Shown in pieces: positions 38,537 through 47,640 of a DNA stretch of 47,640 nt. A program made the translations under genes and the position numbers. Every line of letters begins with the position of its first letter. Positions within the stretch are counted from its first letter, which is position 1. This stretch comes from Promethearchaeota archaeon. Lineage in GTDB: Archaea > Asgardarchaeota > Lokiarchaeia > Sigyniarchaeales > SOKP01. Under the pieces are notes generated by a model. The model made no database searches. It was not told the DNA's origin and worked only from the letters and a program-made list of their open reading frames with translations. The stretch covers positions 1 through 47,640 of the forward strand of contig JBHLNS010000026.1 of the NCBI GenBank assembly GCA_048941285.1, given 5' to 3'.

Positions 38537-40207
38537 ATGTTAAGAAAACGTTATCAATTGAATTGGATGTTTGAATGCCCAGATGCGGTGTTAACGTGTT
38601 CAATTTTGAAATGTAAAGGTAATAATTTCCTAGTTTTTGGCGGACATGACAAGAAATTATATTTGATGGATGAAGAGAGGAATATTGTAGATGATAGAAT
38701 GTTCGATGGATGGTGCAGATGTAGTTATCCAATAGATCTTGATGGAGATGGATGTGATGAGATATTAGTTGGTGCAGGTGATGGCAATTTTATGGTTTTA
38801 AAATTAAATGTTGAGAAAAAAAAGCTTGCAGGTTTAATGCGATACAAATCTTCAAAGAGGATTAATTGCTGTATTGCTGGAGATTTCACTCGAGATGGGA
38901 ATATAGAATTAATTTTTGGAGGTGACGATAAGACTCTTAGAATTTTTGATGACATTAAGGCAAAAAAGCCAAAGTTTATGTTATATTATGATTCCTGGGT
39001 CACTACTTGCTCATTGGGTTTTTTGAAATTAGCCGATTATGATGATCCTATATATGGTTTATTAGTTGGCACTAAAAATGGATTAGTTCAATTAATTCAA
39101 TTCCAAGATAACACGTTAGATATTATGTGGCAGAAAAATTTTACTACACAGATCAATGATATTAAAGTTGGAGATGTTACTAATGATGGTTTGAATGAGA
39201 TTCTAATAAGCACTGACGATTTATTCATTAAGATATTAAATAGTGCAGGAGAAACCATAAATGAGGTTAGTACTGAGGATGGAAGACCAATATCTTTATT
39301 AATCGAAGATATTGATGGTGATAATGCGAAAGAAATTGTTGCAGGATGTGCAGATGGGTCTCTAAAAGTTTTTCATAATCCAAATTTAGACTCACATGAA
39401 TTTGAATTAAAATGGAAAACTAAAGTATCCACTTCTATTAAAAACGTATGCTATCTAATTGAAGAAGATAAGAGCGTAAAACAGATAGTATTTGGAGGAT
39501 ATGATCGCACAATTAGGAATGTCACTGATTTTGAATGGGGGCAAAAGCAATCGCTTGAAATCCCTAATAAAATAATAATTGATGAAATTAAGGAGAGTAA
39601 AAAAGTAGATTTAATTAATGAAATTGCGAAAATAAAGGAAGTTCCAACAAATATGAGAGAACATATATTCAACATTCTTAAAGAAAAAGGACATCTAAAA
39701 GACTTAATGCAGGAATTATTAAAATTAGGTTATTCAGAAGATGAAATTTTGGATGAATTTGCACTTTTAAAGACTCAGAAATCAGTTCTTTATGAGAAAA
39801 TTACTTATCCTGTATGGAGTTTACCGAGTGAAGAATTTGAGAAGGAGATGCCTGAAGAAGTTAAAGCAGAAATTAAAGTTGAAGAACAACCAAAACCTAA
39901 GGTACAACCATTAGTTATTGAGGAAAGTATTACACCAAAAAAAGAGAAATTACGAGCAATATTAGAAGTTGAATCTAAGCTAGAAACCTCTGAAGGAAAA
40001 GTTAGTAGTGGCGGATCCTTGAAAAAAATGATTCTTGAATATCTAAAAGAGCATAAACTCGTAGCTACAAAAGCGCAGTTTATTAATGATATTAAAGAAA
40101 GGGGTTTTTCTAATAGTCAAATTGAAAATGAAATAAATGAATTAAAGGATCAAGGTAAAATTCAATATTCAAGAGCTAAACCAAAAGGTTGGAGCTTAAC
40201 TGGATAA
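38537..40207 (+). CDS. FG-GAP/VCBS-type beta-propeller with two C-terminal winged-helix-like domains
   Basis: DLDGDGCDEILVG, GDFTRDGNIELIFG, GDVTNDGLNEILIS, DIDGDNAKEIVAG; two repeats I..IL/YLKE...GYS/GFS..I..E...LK...Y.....WSL; no signal peptide. Confidence 0.75.
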   Translation: MLRKRYQLNWMFECPDAVLTCSILKCKGNNFLVFGGHDKKLYLMDEERNIVDDRMFDGWCRCSYPIDLDGDGCDEILVGAGDGNFMVLKLNVEKKKLAGLMRYKSSKRINCCIAGDFTRDGNIELIFGGDDKTLRIFDDIKAKKPKFMLYYDSWVTTCSLGFLKLADYDDPIYGLLVGTKNGLVQLIQFQDNTLDIMWQKNFTTQINDIKVGDVTNDGLNEILISTDDLFIKILNSAGETINEVSTEDGRPISLLIEDIDGDNAKEIVAGCADGSLKVFHNPNLDSHEFELKWKTKVSTSIKNVCYLIEEDKSVKQIVFGGYDRTIRNVTDFEWGQKQSLEIPNKIIIDEIKESKKVDLINEIAKIKEVPTNMREHIFNILKEKGHLKDLMQELLKLGYSEDEILDEFALLKTQKSVLYEKITYPVWSLPSEEFEKEMPEEVKAEIKVEEQPKPKVQPLVIEESITPKKEKLRAILEVESKLETSEGKVSSGGSLKKMILEYLKEHKLVATKAQFINDIKERGFSNSQIENEINELKDQGKIQYSRAKPKGWSLTG

Positions 40208-40654
40208 TTATTCTTGAGCTTTTTTTATAAAAAACTCCTGGATTGTGTCTTGAAAGGGTTCAAACTGATTTAATTCTGTGAAATCTGTTCTTTCATACTT
40301 TTGAATGAATAGTTGAAGGATTGGGTCGACCCTTTCAAAAAATTTTTTAACAAGTTTATCTGATTTTTTTTTGGATTTGTCAACTAGTCCATATAAAATA
40401 ATTGGTTCTTTTAAACGATTATCTCTAGATTGAATTTCTGCTATTTTAAATATAAACAAAATATTACCAGATTCTAGATATTCAATAGAATTTTTATTAA
40501 AAGCAGTGTCAACAAATGTATTAATTGCAGAAATAAATGCACCCCTAAGATCCTTATTTATTCCACTCTCTTTTTGAACTGGAAGTTTTTTCATTACATG
40601 ATTTACAAGGACAAATCCGCGAAATACAAAACCTATCTCGTAAAGTTCCTTCAA
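40208..40654 (-). CDS. Stand-alone longin-like domain protein
   Basis: beta-beta (IGFVFRGFVLV), helix DLRGAFISAINTF, strands IEYLES/ILFIF/ILYGLVD, helix ending FIQKY, terminal FEPFQDTI. Confidence 0.7.
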   Translation of the reverse strand: MKELYEIGFVFRGFVLVNHVMKKLPVQKESGINKDLRGAFISAINTFVDTAFNKNSIEYLESGNILFIFKIAEIQSRDNRLKEPIILYGLVDKSKKKSDKLVKKFFERVDPILQLFIQKYERTDFTELNQFEPFQDTIQEFFIKKAQE

Positions 40655-40779
40655 TTTAGAATCAAATAATAATCCTAATAATTAACTTTCTAATAATGAT
40701 TGTTAAAAAATTAATATTTATTTTCATATTTATTTTTAGACTAAATACGAATTTAATATTAAAATGAACGAACTATAAT

Positions 40780-41295
40780 ATGATGCTCGACATTGATAAA
40801 CGATTTGATGAAAAACTTAAAGAATTAAATAATTCATTACCCAAATTGAAGATAAATGCAAACTGTGCGGAATTGACATTTACAAGTGTTCTTCAGATAT
40901 TAGACCTTGATGATGATATATTTCATAATGCTGTAATTCCCTTAGCTGGGGGTTTTGGTGGATATAAATCAAAAAATGGTTGGCAAGGAGCTTGTGGGGC
41001 TGTTTGTGGGGGGTGTTGTGCAATAGGGGTAATAATGGGTGGACAAGAAAGAATGCAAAATGAACTTATGTTAAAAGTCTATTTAAAAGCTGCTCAATTT
41101 GTCAGTGAGTTTGAAGAAGAATATGGATCTGTAGTATGTTCAGAACTCTGTGGGTATGATTTTAGTCAACCTGAAGCTATGACAGGATATAGGAACAGTG
41201 GAACTTGGGGAAAAAAATGTTATCATTATGTAGTTTGGGCGGTAGATCAAGTAAGAAAAATCACAATAAAAGATTTAAAAGATAATTGGAAATAA
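40780..41295 (+). CDS. C_GCAxxG_C_C family putative redox protein
   Basis: NCAE, LAGGFG, ACGAVCGG, F..EYGSVVCSEL, terminal KC. Confidence 0.88.
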   Translation: MMLDIDKRFDEKLKELNNSLPKLKINANCAELTFTSVLQILDLDDDIFHNAVIPLAGGFGGYKSKNGWQGACGAVCGGCCAIGVIMGGQERMQNELMLKVYLKAAQFVSEFEEEYGSVVCSELCGYDFSQPEAMTGYRNSGTWGKKCYHYVVWAVDQVRKITIKDLKDNWK

Positions 41296-41424
41296 ACTAT
41301 TCTAAAAAAATGCTCTAAATACAGAATTTTTAATTTTTTGAAATTAAAAGTTTTTTATAGTAATATTGGTTTATTACAATTATTCAAAAAAAAATATTGA
41401 TAAATAAGGTTAGGAATTTAAATT

Positions 41425-41670
41425 TTGAGTGCAGAAGATGAATCAAGGTATTGTCCTTACTGTGGAGTCGAGTTAGAACATCCATACTGGGCTCATATCC
41501 AAGCAGAACACCCAGATAAATACACTCAAAAAGAGACTTGGGTAAAATTATGGAAGGATTACAGAGGTCTAGGAATGGATGAAGAGACTTCTTTACTGGT
41601 TATATCAGAACTATTTAATGCAACTCAAGAGGAAATCAAATCATTCTTGAAAAATGCTAAAGTTTTATAA
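41425..41670 (+). CDS. Small C2H2 zinc-finger protein with C-terminal helical domain
   Basis: CPYC...HIQAEHP. Confidence 0.75.
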   Translation: MSAEDESRYCPYCGVELEHPYWAHIQAEHPDKYTQKETWVKLWKDYRGLGMDEETSLLVISELFNATQEEIKSFLKNAKVL

Positions 41671-41718
41671 TAAATAAAGAAATAAATAAAAATAAAATCT
41701 AAAATCCTTAATTCTGTT

Positions 41719-42015
41719 TTAAAACTCCTCTTCTTCGTCGTCTTCTTTTAAAAGTCCTGCTTGTTTTAAAACATCTTCAATGCTATCTCGGGCTTTTATT
41801 ACTTGTTCATTCTCACTTAAATTAAGCTTTTCAAGCGCATCATCGCTAAATTCCATTAATTTCTTGATAGCCTCAGAAGAAAAATCTTTTATTTTTTCAG
41901 AAGTTTCTTCTATAAAATCTCGTCCACTTTCACCAAAAATGTTTCCAAAGAAATCTGTAAAAGATTTATTTAGCTTATCTATAAAGTTTTCTTTTTCCTC
42001 TCCTTCGTTAGTCAT
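41719..42015 (-). CDS. Small acidic amphipathic-helical hypothetical protein
   Basis: 98-aa ORF, GTGGA SD-like upstream, acidic tail EDDEEEEF. Confidence 0.7.
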   Translation of the reverse strand: MTNEGEEKENFIDKLNKSFTDFFGNIFGESGRDFIEETSEKIKDFSSEAIKKLMEFSDDALEKLNLSENEQVIKARDSIEDVLKQAGLLKEDDEEEEF

Positions 42016-42105
42016 AATATTCCACTTTTATTTGGATAAATTATTATAGAAAATTTTTTTTAAATATTAAAATTCATACTCCTTTTTCTTATTTACTTAT
42101 TCTAT

Positions 42106-43330
42106 TTATATTATTTTTTTTTTTTTCCAATCCTGAAGATCATCTTGATTATACCCAAGTAACTTAATATAAATATTTTCATTATCTATACCAAATTCCG
42201 GACCTGGAGTCTCAACAGACCCTTTTGAGTCTGAAAAATTAATTAAACGATTGGGTATTGTAACCTTTTCAACATCCCACTTAGAAAAATCAAAATGATC
42301 GCATAGCATCCCTCTTTCTTTAAGATTAGGGTGATCATGAACCTCATCAATAGTCAAGACATTACCACAGGGAATTCTCACAGATTCCAACTTCTGGATT
42401 GCTTCATCTCTATTTAAATTTCTACTCCATTCTCCAATAATTTTATCTAACTCATCTACATGATCAAAACGTTTAATAATATTATCTAGTCTTGGATCCT
42501 CTAATAATTCAGGCTTCTGTAAAATATCCCTAATTAACTTGTGATATTGATTTTCAGTTAGAGTGGTTAAAACAATTAGCCCATCTTTACAAGGATACTG
42601 ATTATAAATTGGTAAAAGTTTTGAAGTTAAATCGATATGCTGAGCTCTCGGCATAAATTCTTTTGCTTGAGCTCTTATATTTATCGCAAACATAATATCA
42701 TGCATAGAAATATCTATTAGTTGACCTTTTCCAGTTCTTTCCCTATAATACAAAGCTTGACTTATTCCAATCGCCGCAATATGCCCTGCAGTATAATCTG
42801 CTATAGGTAATCTTGGTGGACCTTCCTTAAAGCCTAAAGCATCGAGAATTCCAGCTTGAGCTTGGATAATTATATCAAAAGCAGTTTTTTGAGTATATTG
42901 CTCTAAACCTTCATTTCCAAATCCTGAAATTTTTGAATATATTAAACTCGGGTTAATTTCTTTTAACACTTCATACCCAATACCCCATTTTTCCATTGTC
43001 CCTTTCACAAAATTCTCAATGAGAACGTCTGATTTCTCTACTAATTTTTTAAAAATACTTTTCGCCTCTTCTCTTCTTAAATCGAGTGATATGGACTTCT
43101 TTCCTCTATTTAAAATTGAGAATAATGGAAAAATAGTTTTATCATATAGCACAAATAAACGGAAAGCTTCTCCAAAAGGAGGTGATTCAACTTTAATCAC
43201 TTCTGCTCCTTGATCTGCGAAAAAAGTGCTAGCCCATGGTCCAGAAATGAATTATACTCCTTTTAGCGAAATGCTTTTAAAAAAAGTGAGAGCAATCTAA
43301 AATTCTTAAACCTTCAAATATTTTAGTCAT
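42106..43330 (-). pseudogene. CoA-transferase family III (CaiB/BaiF) interrupted by a 34-nt insert near the 5' end
   Basis: ATG at 43330 gives MTKIFEGLRILDCSH; after 43252-43285 the frame resumes FISGPWASTFFADQGAEVIKVE...NRGKKSI...ENF...PIADYTAG; removing 34 nt yields an intact 396-aa ORF. Confidence 0.8.
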
Positions 43331-43365
43331 TTTTTTATGATTTTATTTTTAATTTAACATAATAA

Positions 43366-43400
43366 TAACTTAAGTTAACAGATCTAAATAAAACTTAAGT
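43366..43400. promoter_or_regulatory. Two ACTTAAGT palindromes upstream of the CoA-transferase gene (candidate operator)
   Basis: Perfect 12-bp palindrome TAACTTAAGTTA at 43366-43377 and ACTTAAGT at 43393-43400. Confidence 0.35.
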
Positions 43401-43454
43401 AATTCTTTTTCTATCAACTAATAACTAAAAAAAAAAATTAGAGATAAGTTGAAA

Positions 43455-46400
43455 TCATGAAATTTGATTTATTATACAAGATGCTTTAGTTATTAAGACC
43501 TCTCCTATTTCAGCTGAAATTATCTCATCCTTAATGAAGTCATATATTTGATTAATAAATGATTGAAGTATGTTGCATGCTACTTCGAATTGTTCATTTT
43601 CTATCTTCATAATTGCTATATCTAATTTAATTGTTAAAGATTTTCCTTGACCATTTCTTAAGATTCCCTCATCTACCATATCATTCACCTCATCTATCAA
43701 GTGTTGAGCTCTCTGTATAGGGTTATCACGCTCACTCGTTCGTGGATATGGATCTTCATTTAAAGCAGCACCATCAATAGAATATGGAAAATCAACAATT
43801 CCTATCGGATCTTCCACATCTGGGCTAATCCAATCACTCCAGTAATTATATTCAAATAAATTATTAAAACCATTATCAGAAGCTTGACAACTTCCTTCAT
43901 TGTTTTCAATGATATCATTCCATTTAATTAAGTTCTCACTAGACATGGAAGCAATATAAATCCCATACCATCCACTATTGATAATATAATTGTCTAAAAT
44001 ATCATTGTTACCTGAATCGTCTTGAAGTGTGACTCCAACACCATTCTCATAAATTAAATTGTATGATACAAGGTTAAAATCATTATCGTCGTTTAATCCT
44101 ATTCCCTCAGCATAATTATTATTAATTTCATTCCAAGTTATATTATTATAATCTGAATACTCATAAAGAATTATTCCAGAATTACAATCAAAGATATGGT
44201 TGTGTGAGATATTGTTGTTGTCGGAAGAATGAAGACCAATCCCTTCCCATTGATTATTGTAAACAACATTGTCCACTATTTCATTATTAACAGCTCCACC
44301 CCAAAGTACAATCCCAGCATCGTTTTGATGCACATCATTATTAATCACCTCATTCTTACTCGAATCATAAATTTCAATGCCAAAATAGTCGTTCTCTCCA
44401 AGATCATTACAAACTATCCTGTTATCAAATGAAGATGAGATATGAGTTCCTATACAATTATATAATAACGTGTTATCGGATATTAAACTGTTACTTGAGG
44501 ACTCCAGAACGATTCCATGAAAATTGTTAATAACGACATTATTTTCAATGATTCCATTTTCAATGTTCTCTAAATATATCCCATCCCAGTCTTGTGTGAT
44601 ACCATCTAGCTTACACTTGCGTATGATGAAATATACTGTTGTATCTTTGATATGGATCAAATTCCCATTATCAGCTGTAATATAAAAACTTTCAATAAGA
44701 TAAGGGTCTCCTTCCTCTCCACTCCCCGGGAAATCATAAGTTTCGAAATCATCATCACTATCAATATATATTGGGTCTTCTAAAGAACGGACAGATATGA
44801 TGGGCTCACCGATATCAGGATCCTCTGTTTCCTCTATAACTGTAATCATCTGATCTGTTTGACCCTCATCTAAAGAAACTTCCTCAACAGATCGTTCAAA
44901 TAATATTTCGCCTTCTGCACTAGAGAAATACTCCATAGAATAAGATGTATCCTCCGTCGCTGTTATTTCATAACTATAAGTTCCAAATATAGGGTCTTCA
45001 GGATTGATAGCTATAAGGATCATTACACTGTCTTCTCCTTCATCCCAGTCTTCATTTTCTATATAGAATGCATTTAAACCAATTTCATTAACATCCGCAT
45101 TAATTATTCGCCCATAAGGATCTTCAGCCTGGAAAATTATAGGAGAACCTCCACGCCCTGTCATCCACCAATCAGCGTACGGAAGCGGGCCATACTTTTC
45201 TGGAATTGAAGGATCCAAAAGAGGTGCATCATCTACACCTTCATGTGGTAGATCAGTGTCTCCAATATAATCTCCATCTGAATCATTACCCCAGTAATTA
45301 CTCCAAAAGTTACCTACATTGTTAATCGGGTCTACCCATACATTTAAACCAGCCAAAATCTGATGTGAATTGTTGATCAAAAGATTCCGGTAAATATAAT
45401 TTGAACTACCATTAGCAAAAACACCCCACCATGTATTTCTAGCAATAATATTATTGGTTACTTCATTCAGTGTTGAAGAAAGTATAATTCCTATTTTATT
45501 ATCTGATATATAATTAATAGTAATATTATTATGGTCACCACCATAAATTGAAATCCCTGTATGAAAACCTTGAATTGTAAGATTTTTTATTGTTACTGAG
45601 TCATAATTACTGATCAAAACGCCACTTCCACTACCGCTACCTATAATTTTGTGGCCATTACCATTAATCGTGATTCCATCTGCTCCTATTTTAAGCCCAT
45701 TTCCTTCCTCAAAATACATATCTGAAGTTAATGTATAATCAGTGGTGATTAGTTGAGACCCATATTCATAATAGACAGAATGAAACCATAATTTTTCCAT
45801 AGGATTTGATTGAAACCCATTGAATTCATTATTATAAGCATCGTAATTTCTGGGGACAAAGAGATATGCATACGGCATTGAATCCTCAACAAGATATTCT
45901 TGAATCGTGTTATAAATTTTTTTTCTATTTTCAGAATCATACGTATTTAACCCATCTAATAAGAGTTGTTCAAGATAATTGTCATCTACTACGCCAAGGT
46001 TCCAACCTCCTTCTCTACTGTACAAATCATATAAAAAATTGTTTGGGTCGTTGTAATCCTGAACCCATCCTATAAGCAATAACTCTAACTTTCTTCTCTC
46101 AACTAATCTAAATAAAAATTCTTCCCACTCTACTCCATCAAGGATTATTTTTATTCCTACTTTTGTTAGATTATTCTGTAGCATTGAACCTAATTCCTCT
46201 CTTTGTATATTTGCTATATTATAGACATAATCATATGTTAGAAATTCTCCTTGCTCCCATGAATCTTCATCAATACCAGGATATGTCGTATCTAATCCGA
46301 TACCATAACCAGCATCCTGCATAGCTTCCCTAGCTTCGGTAAAATTTAATTTTGGAAAGTCTAATGTTGAATTTGCATATAAAATCCCGTTTGGAACAGG

Positions 46401-47429
46401 TGATTTCAACCTTGAATAATGCCCTTCTAATATATCATTAATTATATAATTATAATCAATTGCATATGATATAGCTCTTCTAATATATGGATCTGATATC
46501 TCTGTATTATTCATTGTTAAAAAATAACCTACTGTTGTATTCCCGGCATCTACAAATGTAATATCTACATCTTCTTTAAGATCTTCAATCTTAGAGACAT
46601 CAATATTATTTATAAAATCAACATCGCCATCTAATAGAGACTGAGTAGCATCTGAAGTGATGATAAACGTTAATTCATCTATATTCGCAGGGCCATCCCT
46701 ATAATTTGCAAATTTATGAAATCTCACTTCATTACCATCATATGAATCATAGATAAAAGGACCTGTTCCAACCAAATCTCCTGTCATCAAATCAATATAT
46801 TCTTCTTGGGGAGTTGAGACTTGGGACATAATTCCTGATCCGCTAAAACATAACAGAGCTTCAAATGGAGCAAATTTCTTATTTAATACAAATTCTATCT
46901 CATAATCGCTTATGATATTTGTCGAATTGATTATAGGTTTTCCATTAGGCCACTGATACACTGAGTAAATATAGGCTTTATGGATTTCTCTAGGTAAAGT
47001 ACCAGATACATTCATGAAATAAGCTAATCTTTCGAAACTCCACCAAACAGCAGAAGCATTGAATTCGGATCCATCATGAAACTTAATACCATGCTTAAGT
47101 AAGACTCTATATGTTAAACCGTCTAAATCCCATGTACCGAAATCTGAAGCAAGACTTGGGATAATACCGAGTTCAGGATCAGATAAATTGTATGTAAATA
47201 ACCTTTCAACAACCTGATCTATAACGTTATAAGAAGGAGTATCCCATGCATTAAGTGGATCTAAACTTGCAGGACCCGCATATGTACCATATTTTAGTTC
47301 TATAGGTGACCCAGAAGTCCTAAGTTTTTCAATTATTTCTATTTTATTATCTACTTTTATCGGATTATAACTAAACACAGCAAAAATTATGATAAAAATA
47401 ATACAAATTGAAATTCGATTAGTTTTCAT
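43455..47429 (-). CDS. Secreted/anchored family-5 (oligopeptide-type) solute-binding protein fused to two NosD/CASH beta-helix regions and a C-terminal helical (FIMAH-like) domain
   Basis: N-terminal hydrophobic segment; SLDP, LKHGIKFHDGSEFNA, VGTGPF, IRRAISYAID, GWVQDYNDP; repeats GIxLxxSxNNxIxxNxIxxN; GNFWSNY/YNYWSDW...D..P; GQGKSLTIKL...LQSFINQI. Confidence 0.88.
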   Translation of the reverse strand: MKTNRISICIIFIIIFAVFSYNPIKVDNKIEIIEKLRTSGSPIELKYGTYAGPASLDPLNAWDTPSYNVIDQVVERLFTYNLSDPELGIIPSLASDFGTWDLDGLTYRVLLKHGIKFHDGSEFNASAVWWSFERLAYFMNVSGTLPREIHKAYIYSVYQWPNGKPIINSTNIISDYEIEFVLNKKFAPFEALLCFSGSGIMSQVSTPQEEYIDLMTGDLVGTGPFIYDSYDGNEVRFHKFANYRDGPANIDELTFIITSDATQSLLDGDVDFINNIDVSKIEDLKEDVDITFVDAGNTTVGYFLTMNNTEISDPYIRRAISYAIDYNYIINDILEGHYSRLKSPVPNGILYANSTLDFPKLNFTEAREAMQDAGYGIGLDTTYPGIDEDSWEQGEFLTYDYVYNIANIQREELGSMLQNNLTKVGIKIILDGVEWEEFLFRLVERRKLELLLIGWVQDYNDPNNFLYDLYSREGGWNLGVVDDNYLEQLLLDGLNTYDSENRKKIYNTIQEYLVEDSMPYAYLFVPRNYDAYNNEFNGFQSNPMEKLWFHSVYYEYGSQLITTDYTLTSDMYFEEGNGLKIGADGITINGNGHKIIGSGSGSGVLISNYDSVTIKNLTIQGFHTGISIYGGDHNNITINYISDNKIGIILSSTLNEVTNNIIARNTWWGVFANGSSNYIYRNLLINNSHQILAGLNVWVDPINNVGNFWSNYWGNDSDGDYIGDTDLPHEGVDDAPLLDPSIPEKYGPLPYADWWMTGRGGSPIIFQAEDPYGRIINADVNEIGLNAFYIENEDWDEGEDSVMILIAINPEDPIFGTYSYEITATEDTSYSMEYFSSAEGEILFERSVEEVSLDEGQTDQMITVIEETEDPDIGEPIISVRSLEDPIYIDSDDDFETYDFPGSGEEGDPYLIESFYITADNGNLIHIKDTTVYFIIRKCKLDGITQDWDGIYLENIENGIIENNVVINNFHGIVLESSSNSLISDNTLLYNCIGTHISSSFDNRIVCNDLGENDYFGIEIYDSSKNEVINNDVHQNDAGIVLWGGAVNNEIVDNVVYNNQWEGIGLHSSDNNNISHNHIFDCNSGIILYEYSDYNNITWNEINNNYAEGIGLNDDNDFNLVSYNLIYENGVGVTLQDDSGNNDILDNYIINSGWYGIYIASMSSENLIKWNDIIENNEGSCQASDNGFNNLFEYNYWSDWISPDVEDPIGIVDFPYSIDGAALNEDPYPRTSERDNPIQRAQHLIDEVNDMVDEGILRNGQGKSLTIKLDIAIMKIENEQFEVACNILQSFINQIYDFIKDEIISAEIGEVLITKASCIINQIS

Positions 47430-47640
47430 TTATCTAAACCCAATTATCTTTTCTAATTTATTAGGATTTCCACCCAAAACTATGTTCTTTTTAGAAAAAT
47501 TTAATTAATTTTGGATTACCGAATAATTATGATCTCTGGACTACTAATAAAGTTATTGTTTTATTTCACAAGTTTGTTAAATCAAGACCTAATTTTGAAA
47601 TATTACTAATTTAATGTTATTTCTTAGGAGTTCATTTTCA

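Noticed and set aside
42106-43200. ORF-track start MIKVES as the true CoA-transferase start
   Set aside because: The conserved family N-terminus (LRILD...GP...AD.GAEVIKVE) lies upstream, beginning at 43330
43270-43290. Programmed frameshift at U7-AAAA to rescue the CoA-transferase
   Set aside because: The required +1 frame has UAA immediately before the resumed coding sequence, and the -1 frame also stops
2824-46075. Remaining short ORFs overlapping assigned genes (e.g. 10860-11246, 27380-27685, 33634-34026, 41780-42049)
   Set aside because: All lie antisense or out of frame within well-supported genes and carry no recognisable motifs

Overview
AT-rich archaeal chromosomal window, most likely from an Asgard archaeon (Lokiarchaeia-like). 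The inference rests on an archaeal histone, an Sm/Lsm protein, ThiD-ThiN, a tungsten-type AOR and an intron-containing tRNA, alongside eukaryote-like modules (roadblock-small GTPase fusions, longin, RING-H2, ubiquitin-like fold, mu-homology domain). It holds about 45 CDS, one tRNA-Arg(CCT) and two disrupted genes; no CRISPR array, rRNA or transposase was seen. Highlights: (1) a candidate proto-adaptor/coat locus at 36.2-40.7 kb (mu-adaptin/delta-COP-like MHD protein, cytosolic FG-GAP beta-propeller with two winged helices, stand-alone longin); (2) a tandem pair of roadblock-Rab-like GTPase-pseudoGTPase proteins sharing a DxGAQ switch II; (3) a 34-nt structured insert interrupting an otherwise intact CoA-transferase gene; (4) a tRNA intron at non-canonical position 45/46; (5) six tandem RimJ/RimL-type acetyltransferases near the histone gene. 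All domain calls come from motif reading by eye; no searches were run.
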